64,000 nucleotides of DNA from Scyliorhinus canicula (Eukaryota), in NCBI RefSeq assembly GCF_902713615.1, contig NW_024055751.1, positions 62,001-126,000 on the forward strand. Reading direction: 5' to 3'. Below, one piece after another: positions 10,998-25,630 of this stretch; the stretch's first letter is position 1, and each line of letters starts with the position of its first letter. Made by a program: the position numbers and the translations under genes. The notes beneath the pieces were generated by a model that saw nothing but the letters and a program-made list of their open reading frames with translations, was not told the origin of the DNA and did not search any database.

Positions 10998-12235
10998 AAT
11001 ATTTGGATTGCAGATGGGAAATTCAAACCAAACATCATGTCAAGTCCTAACAGTCTATCGATTCATCAGGAGTTGAAAATCATCAGCCTTTCAATGTGGA
11101 AGGAGAAATGTTTGTCCTGTCTGAGAGAAAAGATTGCAAACATCAGTGTGACGGGAAAAGCACTGAGGCACATACACACTGACTGTGCAAAGAGCTTTAA
11201 CCAGTCACAGAGTCTGAAAAAATATTGCACCATGTACATCAGGAAGAGATCGGACTCAGGCCGTGTGTGTGGACGAGGCTTTAACTCATCGTCCAACCTG
11301 GAGACATAAGAACACCGGCACCAAGGAGAAACCGTGGAAATGTGGGGACTGTGGGAAGGGTTTCAATTATCCATCTGAAGTGGAAACTCATTGACAGTCA
11401 CACTGGGGAGAGGCCATTCACCTGCTCTGTGTGTGGGAGAGGATTCACTCAGTCATCCAACCTCTACACACCAGCATGTTCACACCGCTGAGAGGCCATT
11501 CACCTGTCTGGATTGTGGGAAGGGATTTAATGCTTTATCCAACCTCCGGACTCACCATCAGGTCCACTCTGACCAGAGACCGTTTAAATGTGCTGAATGT
11601 GAGAAGAACTTTAAAAGCAGAAAAGATTTACTGATACATCATCGTACTCACTGGGGAGAGGCCATTCACCTGCTCCGTGTGTGGGAAGAGATTGACTTGT
11701 TCACCTATCTTCTGACTCACCAATTTGTTCACACTGATCAGAGACCTTTTAATTGTTATGACTGTGAGAAAACTTTGAAAAGCAAAAAGGATCTCCTGAA
11801 ACACCAATACACTCACATTGGGGAGAGGCTAGTCATCTGCTCGATCTGTGAGAAGGGATTCACTCGATTAGCTCACCTCTGACACACCATCAAGTTCACA
11901 CCGGGGAGAGACCGTTCACCTCCACTGTGTGTGGGAAGGAATATATTGACTGATCCAACCTTCTGATACACCAGCAGATTCACACTGGGCAGAGACCATA
12001 CACTTGCTCCGTGTGTGACAAGAAATTCACTCAGTCATCCCACCTGACTGACTGCACACCAACTTGTTTACACTGATCAGAGACCGTTTAAATGTTCGCA
12101 CTGTGAGAAGGGATTTAAAAGTAAACAGAATCTGATGAAACACGAGCGGATTCACACTGAACTGCCCTGCATGTGGGAAGGCATTTGCTCAGTCAAACAA
12201 CCTGCTCAGACACCAGCAAGTTCACAAGCGGCATC
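10998..12235 (+). pseudogene. C2H2 zinc-finger pseudogene (ZNF-B)
   Basis: Acceptor TTTTGCAG at 10997. Fingers in shifting frames ([33 protein letters not shown]) with several stops and frameshifts. Confidence 0.85.
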
Positions 12236-13696
12236 AGGGTTTGGATTCTGCTGCTGTCAATCACATGCAGAAGTTACATTTATTTGGATGCCTATTTCAT
12301 GTGGGATTCCACAGTTTTGTGGTATATATCAATGATTCTGAGTTAAATGTAGGAGCAACGATTAAGAAGTTGGTAGAAGGTACAGACGTTTTTCATGTGT
12401 TTCACAATGCGTGGGTTTCCTCCGGGTGCTCCGGTTTCCTCTTACAAATCCTGAAAGACGTGCTTCTCCCTTAGTGTAGCCGAACAGGCACCACAGTGTG
12501 GCAGCATTAATGTCAGCCTACTTGTGACTATTATGCAGAATAAATCCATGGACAGCAGGAAGATATCAATGGACTGGGTCAGACGGACAGAAAAATGGAA
12601 AATGGAATTCAATCTGCAGTAGTGTGACATCAAGAATTTGGAGGGTAAAGAAGAGAAGGGAATGAAGAATAAAAGGAATGATGCTGAGAATTATACAGGA
12701 ACAGTGACCTTGGATTCAAAAACCACAGATTCCTGAAGGTGGCTGGACAGGTAGATCAGGTGGCCAAGAGGCATTTGGGACATTTTTCTTTCTTGTCTGA
12801 GGCCTAGAATGAAAGAACAGGGAGATTATGTTTCAATTTGATAAAACATACAGCACATCAAGAGTACTGAGTACAGTTCTGGTCACTACATTAATCAACT
12901 ATAAAGTAAGGACATATTAATCAACTAATGTAAATCTTAAAATAAATTCATAATTTATCATATAGTTACATTCATTGTTCAGTTAATCAAATCTAGGGGA
13001 TAGATAACACTAACGAACAAAGGATTGCAACAGTTGGAAATCTCAATTTCTCAGTCAATTAAATTCTGAGGTGTTTAGATAATAATCATTTCAGTTAATT
13101 CTATAAAACAAGGTGACTTCAGCACAATGGAAGAAGCTGATTGGTGAGTAGCTGATAAACATTTATTTATTTTAATATGAAATTGATTTTGGTTCAGTCA
13201 GTTAATAATCAGATAAACAAAGGCACAGCAGGGAATCCCAGTCCCATGGAATGCGCATCCAGTTCCCAGTGGTGAAAGCAGCATCTTTCTCATAGGCTGG
13301 ACAATCACGCGTGCAGGAAATGTCATCAGCTGCAGCAACAGGAAGCAAAGAAGAGTATTTCTCAGGATAAGATTCCATGCTTTGTGTGATATACATCAAT
13401 GATTTAAACTTTGACATAGGGGACATGTTTAAGTCTTGTGATTGGGAGGAAGAAAGCTTTAACCGGCAGGAAAATTTCAGCCGAGTGATCAGGTGGTAAG
13501 ACAAGTAACAAATGGGGATTAATCTGCAACATTGTGAAGTAATAAATACATTTGGGGCGGACAAACAAGGCAAAGAGAAATAGTATTACTGGTATGAGTG
13601 AGAAGAGTAGAGGCACAGAGGGAGATTGAAGTGCAGGCTCACATATCTCTGAAAGTAACAGGAGAGGTAGATGAGGTGGTTGAAAAGGCACACAGG

Positions 13697-14015
13697 GCAT
13701 CACAGTAGCATAGTGGTTAGCACAATTGCTTCACAGCTCCAGGGTCCCAGGTTCGATTCCCAGCTGGGTCATTGTCTGTGCGGATTCTGCACGTTCTCCC
13801 CATGTGTGCGTGGGTTTCCTCCGGGTGCTCCGATTTCCTCCCACAGTCCAAAGATGTGCAGTTTCGATGGATTGGCCATGCTAAATTGCCCTTCGTGATC
13901 AAAAAGGTTAGGAGGGGTTATTGGGTTATGGGGATAGGGTGGAAGTGAGGGCTTAAGTGGGTCGGTGCTGACTCGATGGGCCAAATGGCCTCCTTCTGCA
14001 CTGTATGTTCTATGT
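13697..14015 (+). mobile_element. V-SINE
   Basis: Head, V-domain and tail. Confidence 0.9.
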
Positions 14016-14094
14016 TCACGACGTCGATATTAAGTGAGACACAGCATATAAGAGCAGCGAATATGTCCAGCATTTTCTGGTGATGAACGATTAT

Positions 14095-14846
14095 GGGCTG
14101 GATTCTCTGTCCGCAGGATCCGCTACAACCAAAAGCCGGCAGCGCCCCCACATCGATCCTCTGCCCGGTGGGGGGGTCAGCAGCCACTCCGCGTAAAGCC
14201 GCCGGCTCTACCTGTGGTTACGCTGCAGAACGGCTGGGTCAATGGCCGTGCATGCGCAGAGCTGTGACCTGCGACGGCCGTGCCGGAAAGCATGGTACTG
14301 GCCGCGTGCGGACCCGGTTTGCCAAAATCTGCTCCCCTGTAACCCCCCTCGCCAACCCCAGACCATCCCCCCAGCCTCAGCCGAAGCCTCCCCTGCCAGC
14401 GGAATGGCTCCCCAACCCCCCGACAGTGACAGCGCTGGACACAGTCCGCAGCCACCACGCAAGGTCCCTGAAAGTTTTGAGGACACATAGAACACAGAAC
14501 AATACAGCACAGTACAGGCCCTTTGACCCACAATGTTGTGCCACCCATTTATCCTAATGTAATATCAACCTAACCTACACCCCTTCAATTTACTGCTGTC
14601 CATGTGTCTGTCCCAAGAGTCGCCTCAAAGTCCCCATGTCCCACATCATGGCCAATTGGGGCTGGAGCATTGGGGAGGGTCCCAGGTGATGTCCGGGGAC
14701 CGTCCATACGCCATGTGGCGTACTCCTCGAGAATACCGTTTTAGGGGGCGGAGTATCGGAAAAACGGTGCACCCTCTGATACCAGCATCAAAATGGAATG
14801 TTCGGCCGATCGCCGAACGCGATTCTGCCGATCGGAGAATCCAGCC
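14095..14846. mobile_element. GC-rich MITE-like element with terminal inverted repeats and a nested antisense CR1 tail (about 14485-14630)
   Basis: GGGCTGGATTCTC at 14095 and GAGAATCCAGCC at 14835-14846, flanked by TAT on both sides. Confidence 0.65.
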
Positions 14847-15409
14847 TATTCTGGGCCAGGGTTTAGAGAACCCCAAAGTGCATCATGGAGTTCACCTGAC
14901 CCACAACTTTAAATAGATTGTGGTTATGGGGAGCACAAGGGACCACTTTGCAGGTGTGATGCAACAGAGAGCTAGTGTGTTTAAAACAAAACAATGTTTA
15001 TTCTATGAATCCAGTTAACATTTTATAAACAAACAGTAAACAATTCATCAACTACCAATCCTGACCACCCCACCAAAAGAATACAGTACTCTATAGCTAA
15101 CCCTGGATAACTTTCCTAACAACATCCATAAGATAAATCCTTTCGAAAATAAAGACAACAGGTTTAAATGTTCTACAGAAACAGGTATTACTTTGAAATC
15201 ATCAATGATCACAAGACATAACACAGAGGAGCAAAATTAGGCCACTCGGCCCATCGAGTCTGCTCCGCCATTGAATCATGGCTGATATTTTTCTCACCCC
15301 CTCATACTCATGAAGAAGGAGCTTTTAAAGATCGAGTCACCTTGTTGAAAATCAAACTAAACTCACTGTCTTCACCAGCTATCTATAAAGTCTCAGGCAA
15401 GCGAGCACT

Positions 15410-15650
15410 CGGAAGCGATGACTGTAGAAAAGTTTCGATTTATTCCTCTTACTATTTATATCTTCTACTCACCAAAGGGGTCTCCGGCGTCTACCCACAC
15501 CTGGGTCGGGATATTTATGTTCCAGCAGTCCGAGGAAAAGGTGGGGCAGCTCCTACTCCCCTCACCTTGGTAAATAATACTCAGGTGAGGCTACAGGGGC
15601 TCTGAGGTTGCAGATCCCTGGGCCTCCTGTAGGGTTAGAACACTACCCAG
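15410..15650 (-). mobile_element. Possible solo-LTR-like fragment
   Basis: Minus strand has a TATA-like CATAAATAT and a downstream AATAAA; no clear TG..CA ends or TSD found. Confidence 0.25.
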
Positions 15651-16436
15651 GCCATGGAGACAGATTAGGAAACCCTGTCCCTAGATCGGTTCAAAATTGA
15701 GGACGTGTTGAAGTGAGAATGTAAATTACAGGAGTGCTGGCAATAATCTCCCAGCCATTCCTGGGGGTGCCAGAGGACTGGAGAATTACAAATGTTATGC
15801 ACTTGTTCAAAAAGGACAGTTCCAGCAATTACAGACCAGTTAGTTTAGAATATCCTGGGAAAGGAGTTCACTAAAATCAGCAACAACTCAGCCTCTTGTG
15901 CGGTTTTGGTTTCTGTTCTCTTCCTGCACAATGTAACCATAAACTCCTGTTTACAATGATCCACTTCCCAAACAGAGATCTGTGGCTTCATTAATTTCAG
16001 CCCAAAGTGTAACCACAGGAAGAGGAGGCTTTGCAAACATCCCACCCTTAATGATGAGATTCAGTACATCAGTCCAAAACACTGGCTCTCAGTCCTAAAG
16101 ACTGGCTCTTGTGTTTGTGATCCTGGGAGTGTTCCCGATACCTTCCCTGGATCCGAGGGTTAGGAAACACTCTGGAAGGTATGGGGAGCTCGGACCTGTC
16201 CATGGGAGTAACTGAAGGGATGAGAACTGGATTAAAAAGGAGAAGAGACCCTAAAATGGGGCAGTCGGGAACAGGACACCAGTTAGTTTCCTCCTATCCT
16301 GGAGAAATTACTGTCCCTGCTGTGTGGCTGAAAAAACATAAATTCATTTGACACATATCAGAATATTAAACTGCAGCAAGTTGTGGGATGATTAACATCA
16401 GCATGAACATTCTCCAACTGTCAGAATGAACATGGT

Positions 16437-17413
<977 letters not shown>

Positions 17414-19809
17414 GGTGCTGGATTTGTTGTGTCTCTCCAGGTTGGATGATCAGTTGAAGCCTGATCCACACACACAACATGTGTACGGTTTCTCCCCGCG
17501 GTGAATGTTTTTATTTTTTTCAGACTGTGTAACTGGTTAAAGCTGTTTCCACAGTCAGATTACTGGAACACTCTCACTCGGGTGTGTGTTGTGTGGGTCT
17601 CGGTGCTTTTCCAGTCACACAGATGTTTCCAGTCAGTTCACTGGAACACTCTCATTCGGGTGTGTGGTTATCTCGGTGCTTTCCAATCACACTGATGTTT
17701 GAAATCTTTTCCCACAAACAGAACAGAGAAACATTTCTCCTTCCACATTCTCCGAATTTATTCAGATTTTGATGTCGCGAATGATTCTGTTACATCTCTG
17801 TGACGTTTTATTTGAGTTTCCACTTGCAAACTTTTCTCTCCTAATACCCTGTAAAAGAAGTTTACAAACATCATCACTGTATAGCAATAGAAATTCAGAA
17901 TAGACAATTCCAGTTTCTGTGGACTAATCTTTTATCGCTTGTTACCCCAAATAAGTGGCCCAAACAAACTGAAAGAAGACAAAATTAGCAACAAAATCAA
18001 AGGGAAGCTCCCTAACTAAATCAGAATGTTGCTTCCAGTGTTTTGGAGTTGCTCTGTATCGAGTTTCCCACCAGTTGTGGAAGGTAGCAAGCGTACCAGT
18101 GGACACCACTGCTCCCTTTCAATGAAACGTTGTAAGGCAGTCTGACAGGGCCCAACCTCCAGAGAAACTGCTCATTGAGGTTCAACAAATTTCTGTGTTA
18201 ACCAGATCCAAGAACAGGTCCAGGAGAAGTACTTCTGATTTACCCAGCCTCCTCCACACTGGACAGCCAAAGACTAGGAGCCTGGGGCTCAAGTGTAACC
18301 AAAGTTGAGGACCAGACCCTTCAGGAAACTATACAGAGGCTGCAACCTCTCACCCTGAATATATACATGGCTTCATGCACTCTTCCCGACTGCAGCCTGG
18401 GGATGGGTGAATTTGTTTAACTTGTTGCCAGAACGATGCTTTTTCGGGCAATAGGACCAGGCCGGGAATAGACAACGAAGCCCCGCCGATTACACACCTT
18501 TCCCAGGACAATCAGTGTCCACTCTCCTACATTACTCTGATGGAGTTCAGAGGCTCAGAGGAGGAAAAAAAATGAGGACGGTTTTGGACCGTGGGAAAGA
18601 CTAGAACGAGGCGACACACTTTAAGAATGAGAGATGGGGAGAATGTGAAGGCTTAAATGAGGATAATTTTTTTGTTTCCGATGTTCATTAGTCTGTGGAA
18701 TTCACTTCCGCAGAGAACAGTGGAGGCTGGGGTAGAGTTGGACAGATTTTTGATAGACAAGGGAGTCAATGGTTCTGGGTGCAGGTGGGTGGTGCAGACA
18801 GGCAAAGTGAACTGAGACCACAACCAGATCAGCCCTGATTATATTGAATGGTGGAACAGGCTTGGAGGGCCGAATGGCCTGTTCGTTCTCCTAAGTCCCA
18901 GTCCGATGGGTTAAACCCAGCAGCATCTCCACCATCTCCACTCCAGCCCAAATTGCTTCTGCATCCAATGCCCATCCTAACTGAACCCTGCTCTTAATTG
19001 GTCTGCTCAGCCTTTCTGTACCTGCGCATTCCAGTCTTTTTGATTAAGATGGGATGCACTCACACACACAACTGTTTCTGGGTTGAACTGCGCTCCCTCT
19101 TGGGAGGGGTGCACTTTCCCTCTCTCTCTCTGTTCCGCCGTGCCCCATATCAGTGTGTCCTTTACCAGTGGTCTGTGCTGCTCGTTTGGGAGCCTTTCTG
19201 CTGATGTGGTGGTGGGCGTGTGCTGGCGTGAAATCTGGTGGTTTTGTTTTCTTGTTAATTATTCATTGGTTTCTGTTTCATAACAATAATCTTTATTGTC
19301 ACAAGTAGGCTTACATTAACTGCAATGTAGTTACTGTGAAAATCCCTGAGTCGCCACATTCCGGCCCCCGTTCTGGTTCACTGAGAGAGAATTCAGAATG
19401 TCCAGTTTTGGTATATTGTGGATGTTTTACTGTATTGCTGATTGTTTTGTATTCAGCTGTGTTCTTTTGTAATATGGAGTTGTTAATAAACTAAAATATC
19501 TGTATTCGCTCATGGAGGGAATTCTGGGTAGCATGCTCCACCATTTAAATGTAAGAAAAAAGAAAGATGATGTGTCGAAATCATAGAAAAGAAGAACGAT
19601 ATGAAACAACTAACATAATTTGCTTCCATTCTGCATAAGTGTCAGACAAAATTAATATATTAATTGCAATCAAATACTGTGACTTAAATCCTTCAGTTTA
19701 TCATGTTTCTTTAACTCAATTTCTGAATTCAGATTCATGTCCTCATTTCTTTCCTCTTCTGAGCCTCTGAACTCTATCAGACAGAGTAATGTAGGAGAGT
19801 GGACATTGA

Positions 19810-21710
19810 TGCATAGAATCATTGCATTTACAGTGCAGAAGGAGGCCATTCGGCCCATCGAATCTGCACCGGACCTTACAAAGATCACCCTACTCAAACC
19901 CACATTTCCACCCTATACCCGTAACCCAACAACCCCGTTAACGTTACTTTTATTAGGACACTACGGGCAATTTAGCATGGCCAGTCCACCTAACCCGCAC
20001 ATCTTTGGACTGTGGGAGGAAACTGGAGCACCCGGAGGAAACCCACGCACACAGGGGGAGGAGGTGCAGACTCCACACAGACAGTGACCCAGCCGGGAAT
20101 CAAACCTGGGACCCTGGAGCTGTGAAGCATTTATGCTAACCACCATGCTACCCTGCTGCCCTAAAATGAAATCAAAATCTCTTATTGTCACGAGTAGGCT
20201 TCAATGAAGTTACTGTGAAAAGCCCCTATTTGCCACATTCCGACGCCTGTTCGGGGAGGCTGGTACGGGAATTGAACTGTGCTGCTGGCCTGCCTTGGTC
20301 TTCTTTCAAAGCCAGCGATTTAGCCCTGTGCTAAACAGCCCCTCAATTGTCCTGGGAAACAACAGCAAGAGGAGCTCGGAGGTTATAAGGGCAAGGGAGC
20401 AGTGAGGTCTGGCACCAGACTTGAGGACTGGTACCTGAGTTGCTCAGTCAAGTGAGTGAATGTCTTTTTTTATTAGTGTCACAAGTAGGCTTGCACTGCA
20501 ATGAAGTTACTGTTCAGGTGCACTGAGGGAGAATTCAGAGTGTCCATTTCACCTAACCTGTGGACTGTGGGAGGAAACCGGAGCACCCGGAGACCCATGC
20601 AGACATGGGTAGAACGTGCAGACTGGGCACAGATAGTGACCCAAGCTAGGATTTGAACCAATATCCAATAATTTATATTTTAAGAATGTCTTCCATCAAC
20701 TGGGCAGCTGGCTGTTTCTCAGTACTTTGGGGCAGCACGGTAGCATGGTGGTTAGCATAAATGCTTCACAGCTCCAGGGTCCCAGGTTCGATTCCCGGCT
20801 GGTTCACTGTCTGTGCGGAGTCTGCACGTCCTCCCCGTGTGTGCGTGGGTTTCCTCCGGGTGCTCCGGTTTCCTCCCACAGTCCAAAGATGTGCGGGTTA
20901 GGTGAATTGGCATGCTAAATTGCCCGTAGTGTCCTTAAAAGTAAGGTTGGGGGGGTTGTTGGTTTACGGGTTTAGGGTGGATACGTGGGTTTGAGTAGGG
21001 TGATCATTGCTCGGCACAACATCGAGGGCCGAAGGGCCTGTTCTGTGCTGTACTGTTCTATGTTCTATGTACTTTGATTTCCTGAAGCTCCTGTTTCGAT
21101 GTTTCAGACAGTTCTGTTCCAAGTGAGATGTTTAAAGGATTTTCATCTGCCTCTCTGCATATCGATGTTCATTAAGGATACATAAATTGTTCTCCCTGTG
21201 TCTGCATGGATCTCAGCCCCAAAGACATGCAGAGTAGGTGAATTGGCCACGTTAAAAAGGATACACAAATTAGATACACAAATCCCTCTCATTAGATATC
21301 TATTTTCCAATATTAGATGCATAGGGCTTCCCACATCAACGCTACGACCAAGAAAGCATAACAGCACATAAATGGGCAGCATGGTAGCATGGTGGTTAGC
21401 ATCAATGCTTCACAGCTCCAGGGTCCCAGGTTCGATTCCCGGCTGGGGCACTGTCTGTGCGGAATCTGCACGTCCTCCCCATGTGTGCGTGGGTTTCCTC
21501 CGGGTGCTTCGGTTTCCTCCCACAGTCCAAAGATGTGCGGGTTAGGTGGATTGGCCAGGCTAAATTGCCCTTAGTGTCCTAAAAAAATAATGTTAATGGG
21601 GGTTGTTGGGTTACTGGTATAGGGTGGATACGTGGGCTTGAGTAGGGTGATCATTGCTCGGCACAACATTGAGGGCCGAAGGGCCTGTTCTGTGCTGTAC
21701 TGTTCTAATT
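19810..21710. mobile_element. SINE cluster: V-SINE(-) 19810-20162, family-2(-) 20170-20342, composite(-) 20470-20655, V-SINE(+) 20728-21070 and 21374-21710
   Basis: Diagnostic heads and tails read for each copy. Confidence 0.85.
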
Positions 21711-22059
21711 CTTAAAAAAAAAAGCGCCTATACTTCCTCAGGAAACTATGGAAATCCAGCATGTTGACATTGAGTCTTACGATTTTTACAGATGCAGGAC
21801 AACATGATAGGAAAACATCCTATCTGGCTGCATCACAGCCTGCTGTGGCAACTACTCAGCCCAACACCATCAGAAACTACAGAGAGCAATGAACATAACC
21901 CCAGTCCATCATGCGCCTTAGGTCCTCAGCGCCTTAGTTCCACGTCTAACCACTATGCCACATGTTTCCCTCTTACTTGGATTTATGTATCATTTTTATC
22001 CCACTCGCCCAATCTTCACATCACAGCAAACAGAAATCACTATTCACTAATTGGGATGA

Positions 22060-22450
22060 TCAATGGGGCGTGTATTACCCGGCATTCGCCACGGTGGCGA
22101 ATATCCCCGATCGACACCGCAGGATAGCAGTGCGCAGGCCCAATGCCTGGGAGTAGTTGGAGCATGCGCAGTGTGTGATGGCGGCTGGGAAAGAGACGCT
22201 TCTTTGTCTCATGGGCAGCGGGAAAGGATGCGGAAATCCGGAGGAAGCGATGGAGCCCACTCTGGAGGGAGAGAGTTTCTAAACACTGCGTGAAGGCCCT
22301 AAACCAGGAAGACGTACCTGTAGGTCCTGCGTTTGCAACTTCGGCTCTTTTTCCCGATAACAGACCCAGTTCAACAGCCGCCATCTTCATTCAAATTGAG
22401 CGGCGCGGTTGCGAAGACGTCTCTAATGGGCGAGGCTTCGAAGTTTAACC
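22060..22450. promoter_or_regulatory. CpG-rich candidate promoter between ZNF-C(-) and ZNF-D(+)
   Basis: GCATGCGCA (NRF1-like, about 22162), GATGGCGGC and CCGCCATCTT (YY1 consensus, about 22378); homologous to the 9600-9640 promoter segment. Confidence 0.65.
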
Positions 22451-22921
22451 CGGCCAGGTCCTAGTGCCCGAGTGAGTAATCACACCCAGGCTGCAGTGTC
22501 CCTCAGCTTGACTCATTAGTCTGACGAAAAAGATGGTCTCTTTCCTAATGTTCCCAATTAAAGGGCTGGATTCCCCAGGAGATGGCTGACATTTAAGGGG
22601 GCAGTAAATTAATATTGGGCAGAGATATATCTAATGTAGTGGCACCGTCACACTATGGTTAACACTGTTGCTTTACAGCGCCAGGGACCTGGTTTCGATT
22701 CCCGGCTAGGGTCACTGTCTGCGCAGAGTCTGCATGTTCTCCCTGTGTCTGCATGGTTTCCTCCCGGTGCTTCAGTTTCCTCCCACAAGTCCCAAAAGAC
22801 GTGCTGTTAGGTGACATTGGACATTCTGAATTCTCCCTCTGTGTACCCGAACAGGCGCCGGAGTGTGGCGACGAGGGGCTTTTCACAGTTGCTTCCTTGC
22901 AGAGTTAATGTCAGCCTACTT

Positions 22922-25630
22922 AGAACATAGAACATAGAACGATACAGCGCAGTACAGGCCCTTCGGCCCTCGATGTTGCACCGACATGGAAAAAAACTAA
23001 AGGCCATCTAACCTACACTATGCCCTTATCATCCATATGCTTATCCAATAAATTTTTAAATGCCCTCAATGTTGGCGAGTTCACTACTGTTGCACGTAGG
23101 GCATTCCACGGCCTCACCACTCTTTGCGTAAAAAACCCACCTCTGACCTCTGTCCTATATCTATTACCCCTCAATTTAAGGCTATGTCCCCTCGTGCTAG
23201 CCACCTCCATCCGCGGGAGAAGGCTCTCGCTGTCCACCCCATCTAACCGTCTGATCATTTTGTATGCCTCTATTAAGTCACCTCTTAACCTTCTTCTCTC
23301 TAACGAAAACAACCTCAAGTCCATCAGCCTTTCCTCATAAGATTTTCCCTCCATACCAGGCAACATCCTGGTAAATCTCCTCTGCACCCATTCCAAAGCT
23401 TCCACGTCCTTCCTATAATGAGGCGACCAGAACTGTACGCAATACTCCAAATGCGGCCGTACTAGAGTTTTGTACAACTGCAACATGACCTCATGGCTCC
23501 GGAACTCAATCCCTCTACCAATAAAGGCCAACACACCATAGGCCTTCTTCACAACCCTATCAACCTGGGTGGCAACTTTCAGGGATCTATGTACATGGAC
23601 ACCGAGATCCCTCTGCTCATCCACACTACCAAGAATTTTACCATTAGCCAAATATTCCGCATTCCTGTTATTCTTTCCAAAGTGAATCACCTCACACTTC
23701 TCCACATTAAACTCCATTTGCCACCTCTCAGCCCAGGTCTGCAGCTTATCTATGTCCCTCTGTAACCTGCAACATCCTTCCGCACTGTCTACAACTCCGA
23801 CGACTTTAGTGTCGTCTGCAAATTTACTCACCCATCCTTCTGCGCCCTCCTCTAGGTCATTTATAAAAATGACAAACAGCAACGGCCCCAGAACAGATCC
23901 TTGTGGTACGCCACTCGTAACTGAACTCCATTCTGAACACTTCCCATCAACTACCACTCTCTGTCTTCTTTCAACTAGCCAATTTCTGATCCACATCTCT
24001 AAATCACCCTCAATCCCCAGCCTCCGTATTTTCTGCAATAGCCGACCGTGGGGAACCTTATCAAACGCTTTACTGAAATCCATATACACCACATCAACTG
24101 CTCTACCCTCGTCTACCTGTTCAGCCACCTTCTCAAAGAACTCGATAAGGTTTGTGAGGCATGACCTACCCTTCACAAAACCATGCTGACTATCCCTAAT
24201 CATATTATTTCTATCTAGATGATTATAAATCGTATCTTTTATAATCCTCTCCAAGACCTTACCCACCACAGACATTAGGCTCACCGGCCTATAGTTACCG
24301 GGGTTATCTCTACTCCCCTTCTTGAACAAAGGGACCACATTTGCTATCCTCCAGTCCTCTGGCACTATTCCTGTAGCCAATGATGACCTAAAAGTCAAAG
24401 CCAAAGGCTCAGCAATCTCTTCCCTGGCTTCCCAGAGAATCCTAGGATAAATCCCTCCGGCCCCGGGGACTTATCTATTTTCACCTTGTCCAGAATTGCC
24501 AACACTTCTTCCCTACGCACCTCAATGCCATCTATTCTAATAGCCTGGGTCTCAGCATTCTCCTCCACAATATTATATTTTTCTTGAGTGAATATTGACG
24601 AAAAGTATTCATTTAGTATCTCGCTTATCTCCTCAGCCTCCACACACAACTTCCCACCACTGTCCTTGACTGGCCCTACTCTTACCCTAGTCATTCTTTT
24701 ATTCCTGACATACCTATAGAAAGCTTTTGGGTTTTCCTTGATCCTACCTGCCAAAGACTTCTCATGTCCCCTCCTTGCTCGTCTCAGCTCTCTCTTTAGA
24801 TCCTTCCTCGCTTCCTTGTAACTATCAAACGCCCCAACTGAAACTTCATGCCTCATCTTCACATAGGCCTCCTTCTTCCTCTTAACAAGAGATTCCACTT
24901 CTTTGGTAAACCACGGTTCCCTCGCTCGACCCCTTCCTCCCTGCCTGACTGGTACGTACTTATCAAGAACATGCAATAGCTGTTCCTTGAACAAGCTCCA
25001 CATATCCAGTGTGCCCAACCCTTGCAGCCTACTTCTCCAACCAACACATCCTAAGTCATGTCTAATGGCATCATAATTGCCCTTCCCCCAGCTATAACTC
25101 TTGCCCTGCGGGTATACTTATCCCTTTCCATCACTAACGTAAAGGTCACCGAATTGTGGTCACTGTTTCCAAAGTGCTCACCTACCTCCACATCTAACAC
25201 CTGGCCTGGTTCATTACCCAAAACCAAATCCAATGTGGCCTCGCCTCTTGTTGGCCTGTCAACATATTGTGTCAGGAAACCCTCCTGCACACATTGTACA
25301 AAGAATGACCCATCTAATGTACTCGAACTGTATCTTTTCCAGTCAATATTTGGAAAGGTAAAGTCTCCCAAAACAAATACCCTGTTACTTTCGCTCTTTT
25401 CCAGAATCATCTTCGCCATCCTTTCCTCTACATCCCTAGAACTATTAGGTGGCCTATAGAAAACTCCCAACAGGGTGACCTCTCCTTTCCTGTTTCTAAC
25501 CTCAGCCCATACTACCTCAGAAGAAGAGTCCCCATCTAGCATCCTTTCCGCCACCGTAATACTGTCCTTGACTAGCAGCGCCACACCTCCCCCTCTTTTG
25601 CCCCCTTCTCTGAGCTTACTAAAACAGCTA
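22922..25630 (-). mobile_element. Young CR1-type (HER1-like) LINE, near-complete ORF2 in three frames (endonuclease 25051-25584, RT 23013-24404)
   Basis: VLGDFTFPNIDW endonuclease motif; RT motifs GVPQGSVLGPLLF and KFADDTK; (AGAACAT)n tail at 22922. Confidence 0.95.

Noticed and set aside
13200-13380. TGTCATCA and AGGAAG motifs resembling a TCR V promoter
   Set aside because: No leader or V exon follows; short motifs are expected by chance.
14093-14557. 154-aa Pro/Ala-rich ORF and overlapping antisense ORFs
   Set aside because: They lie in the GC-rich MITE; stop-poor composition explains them.
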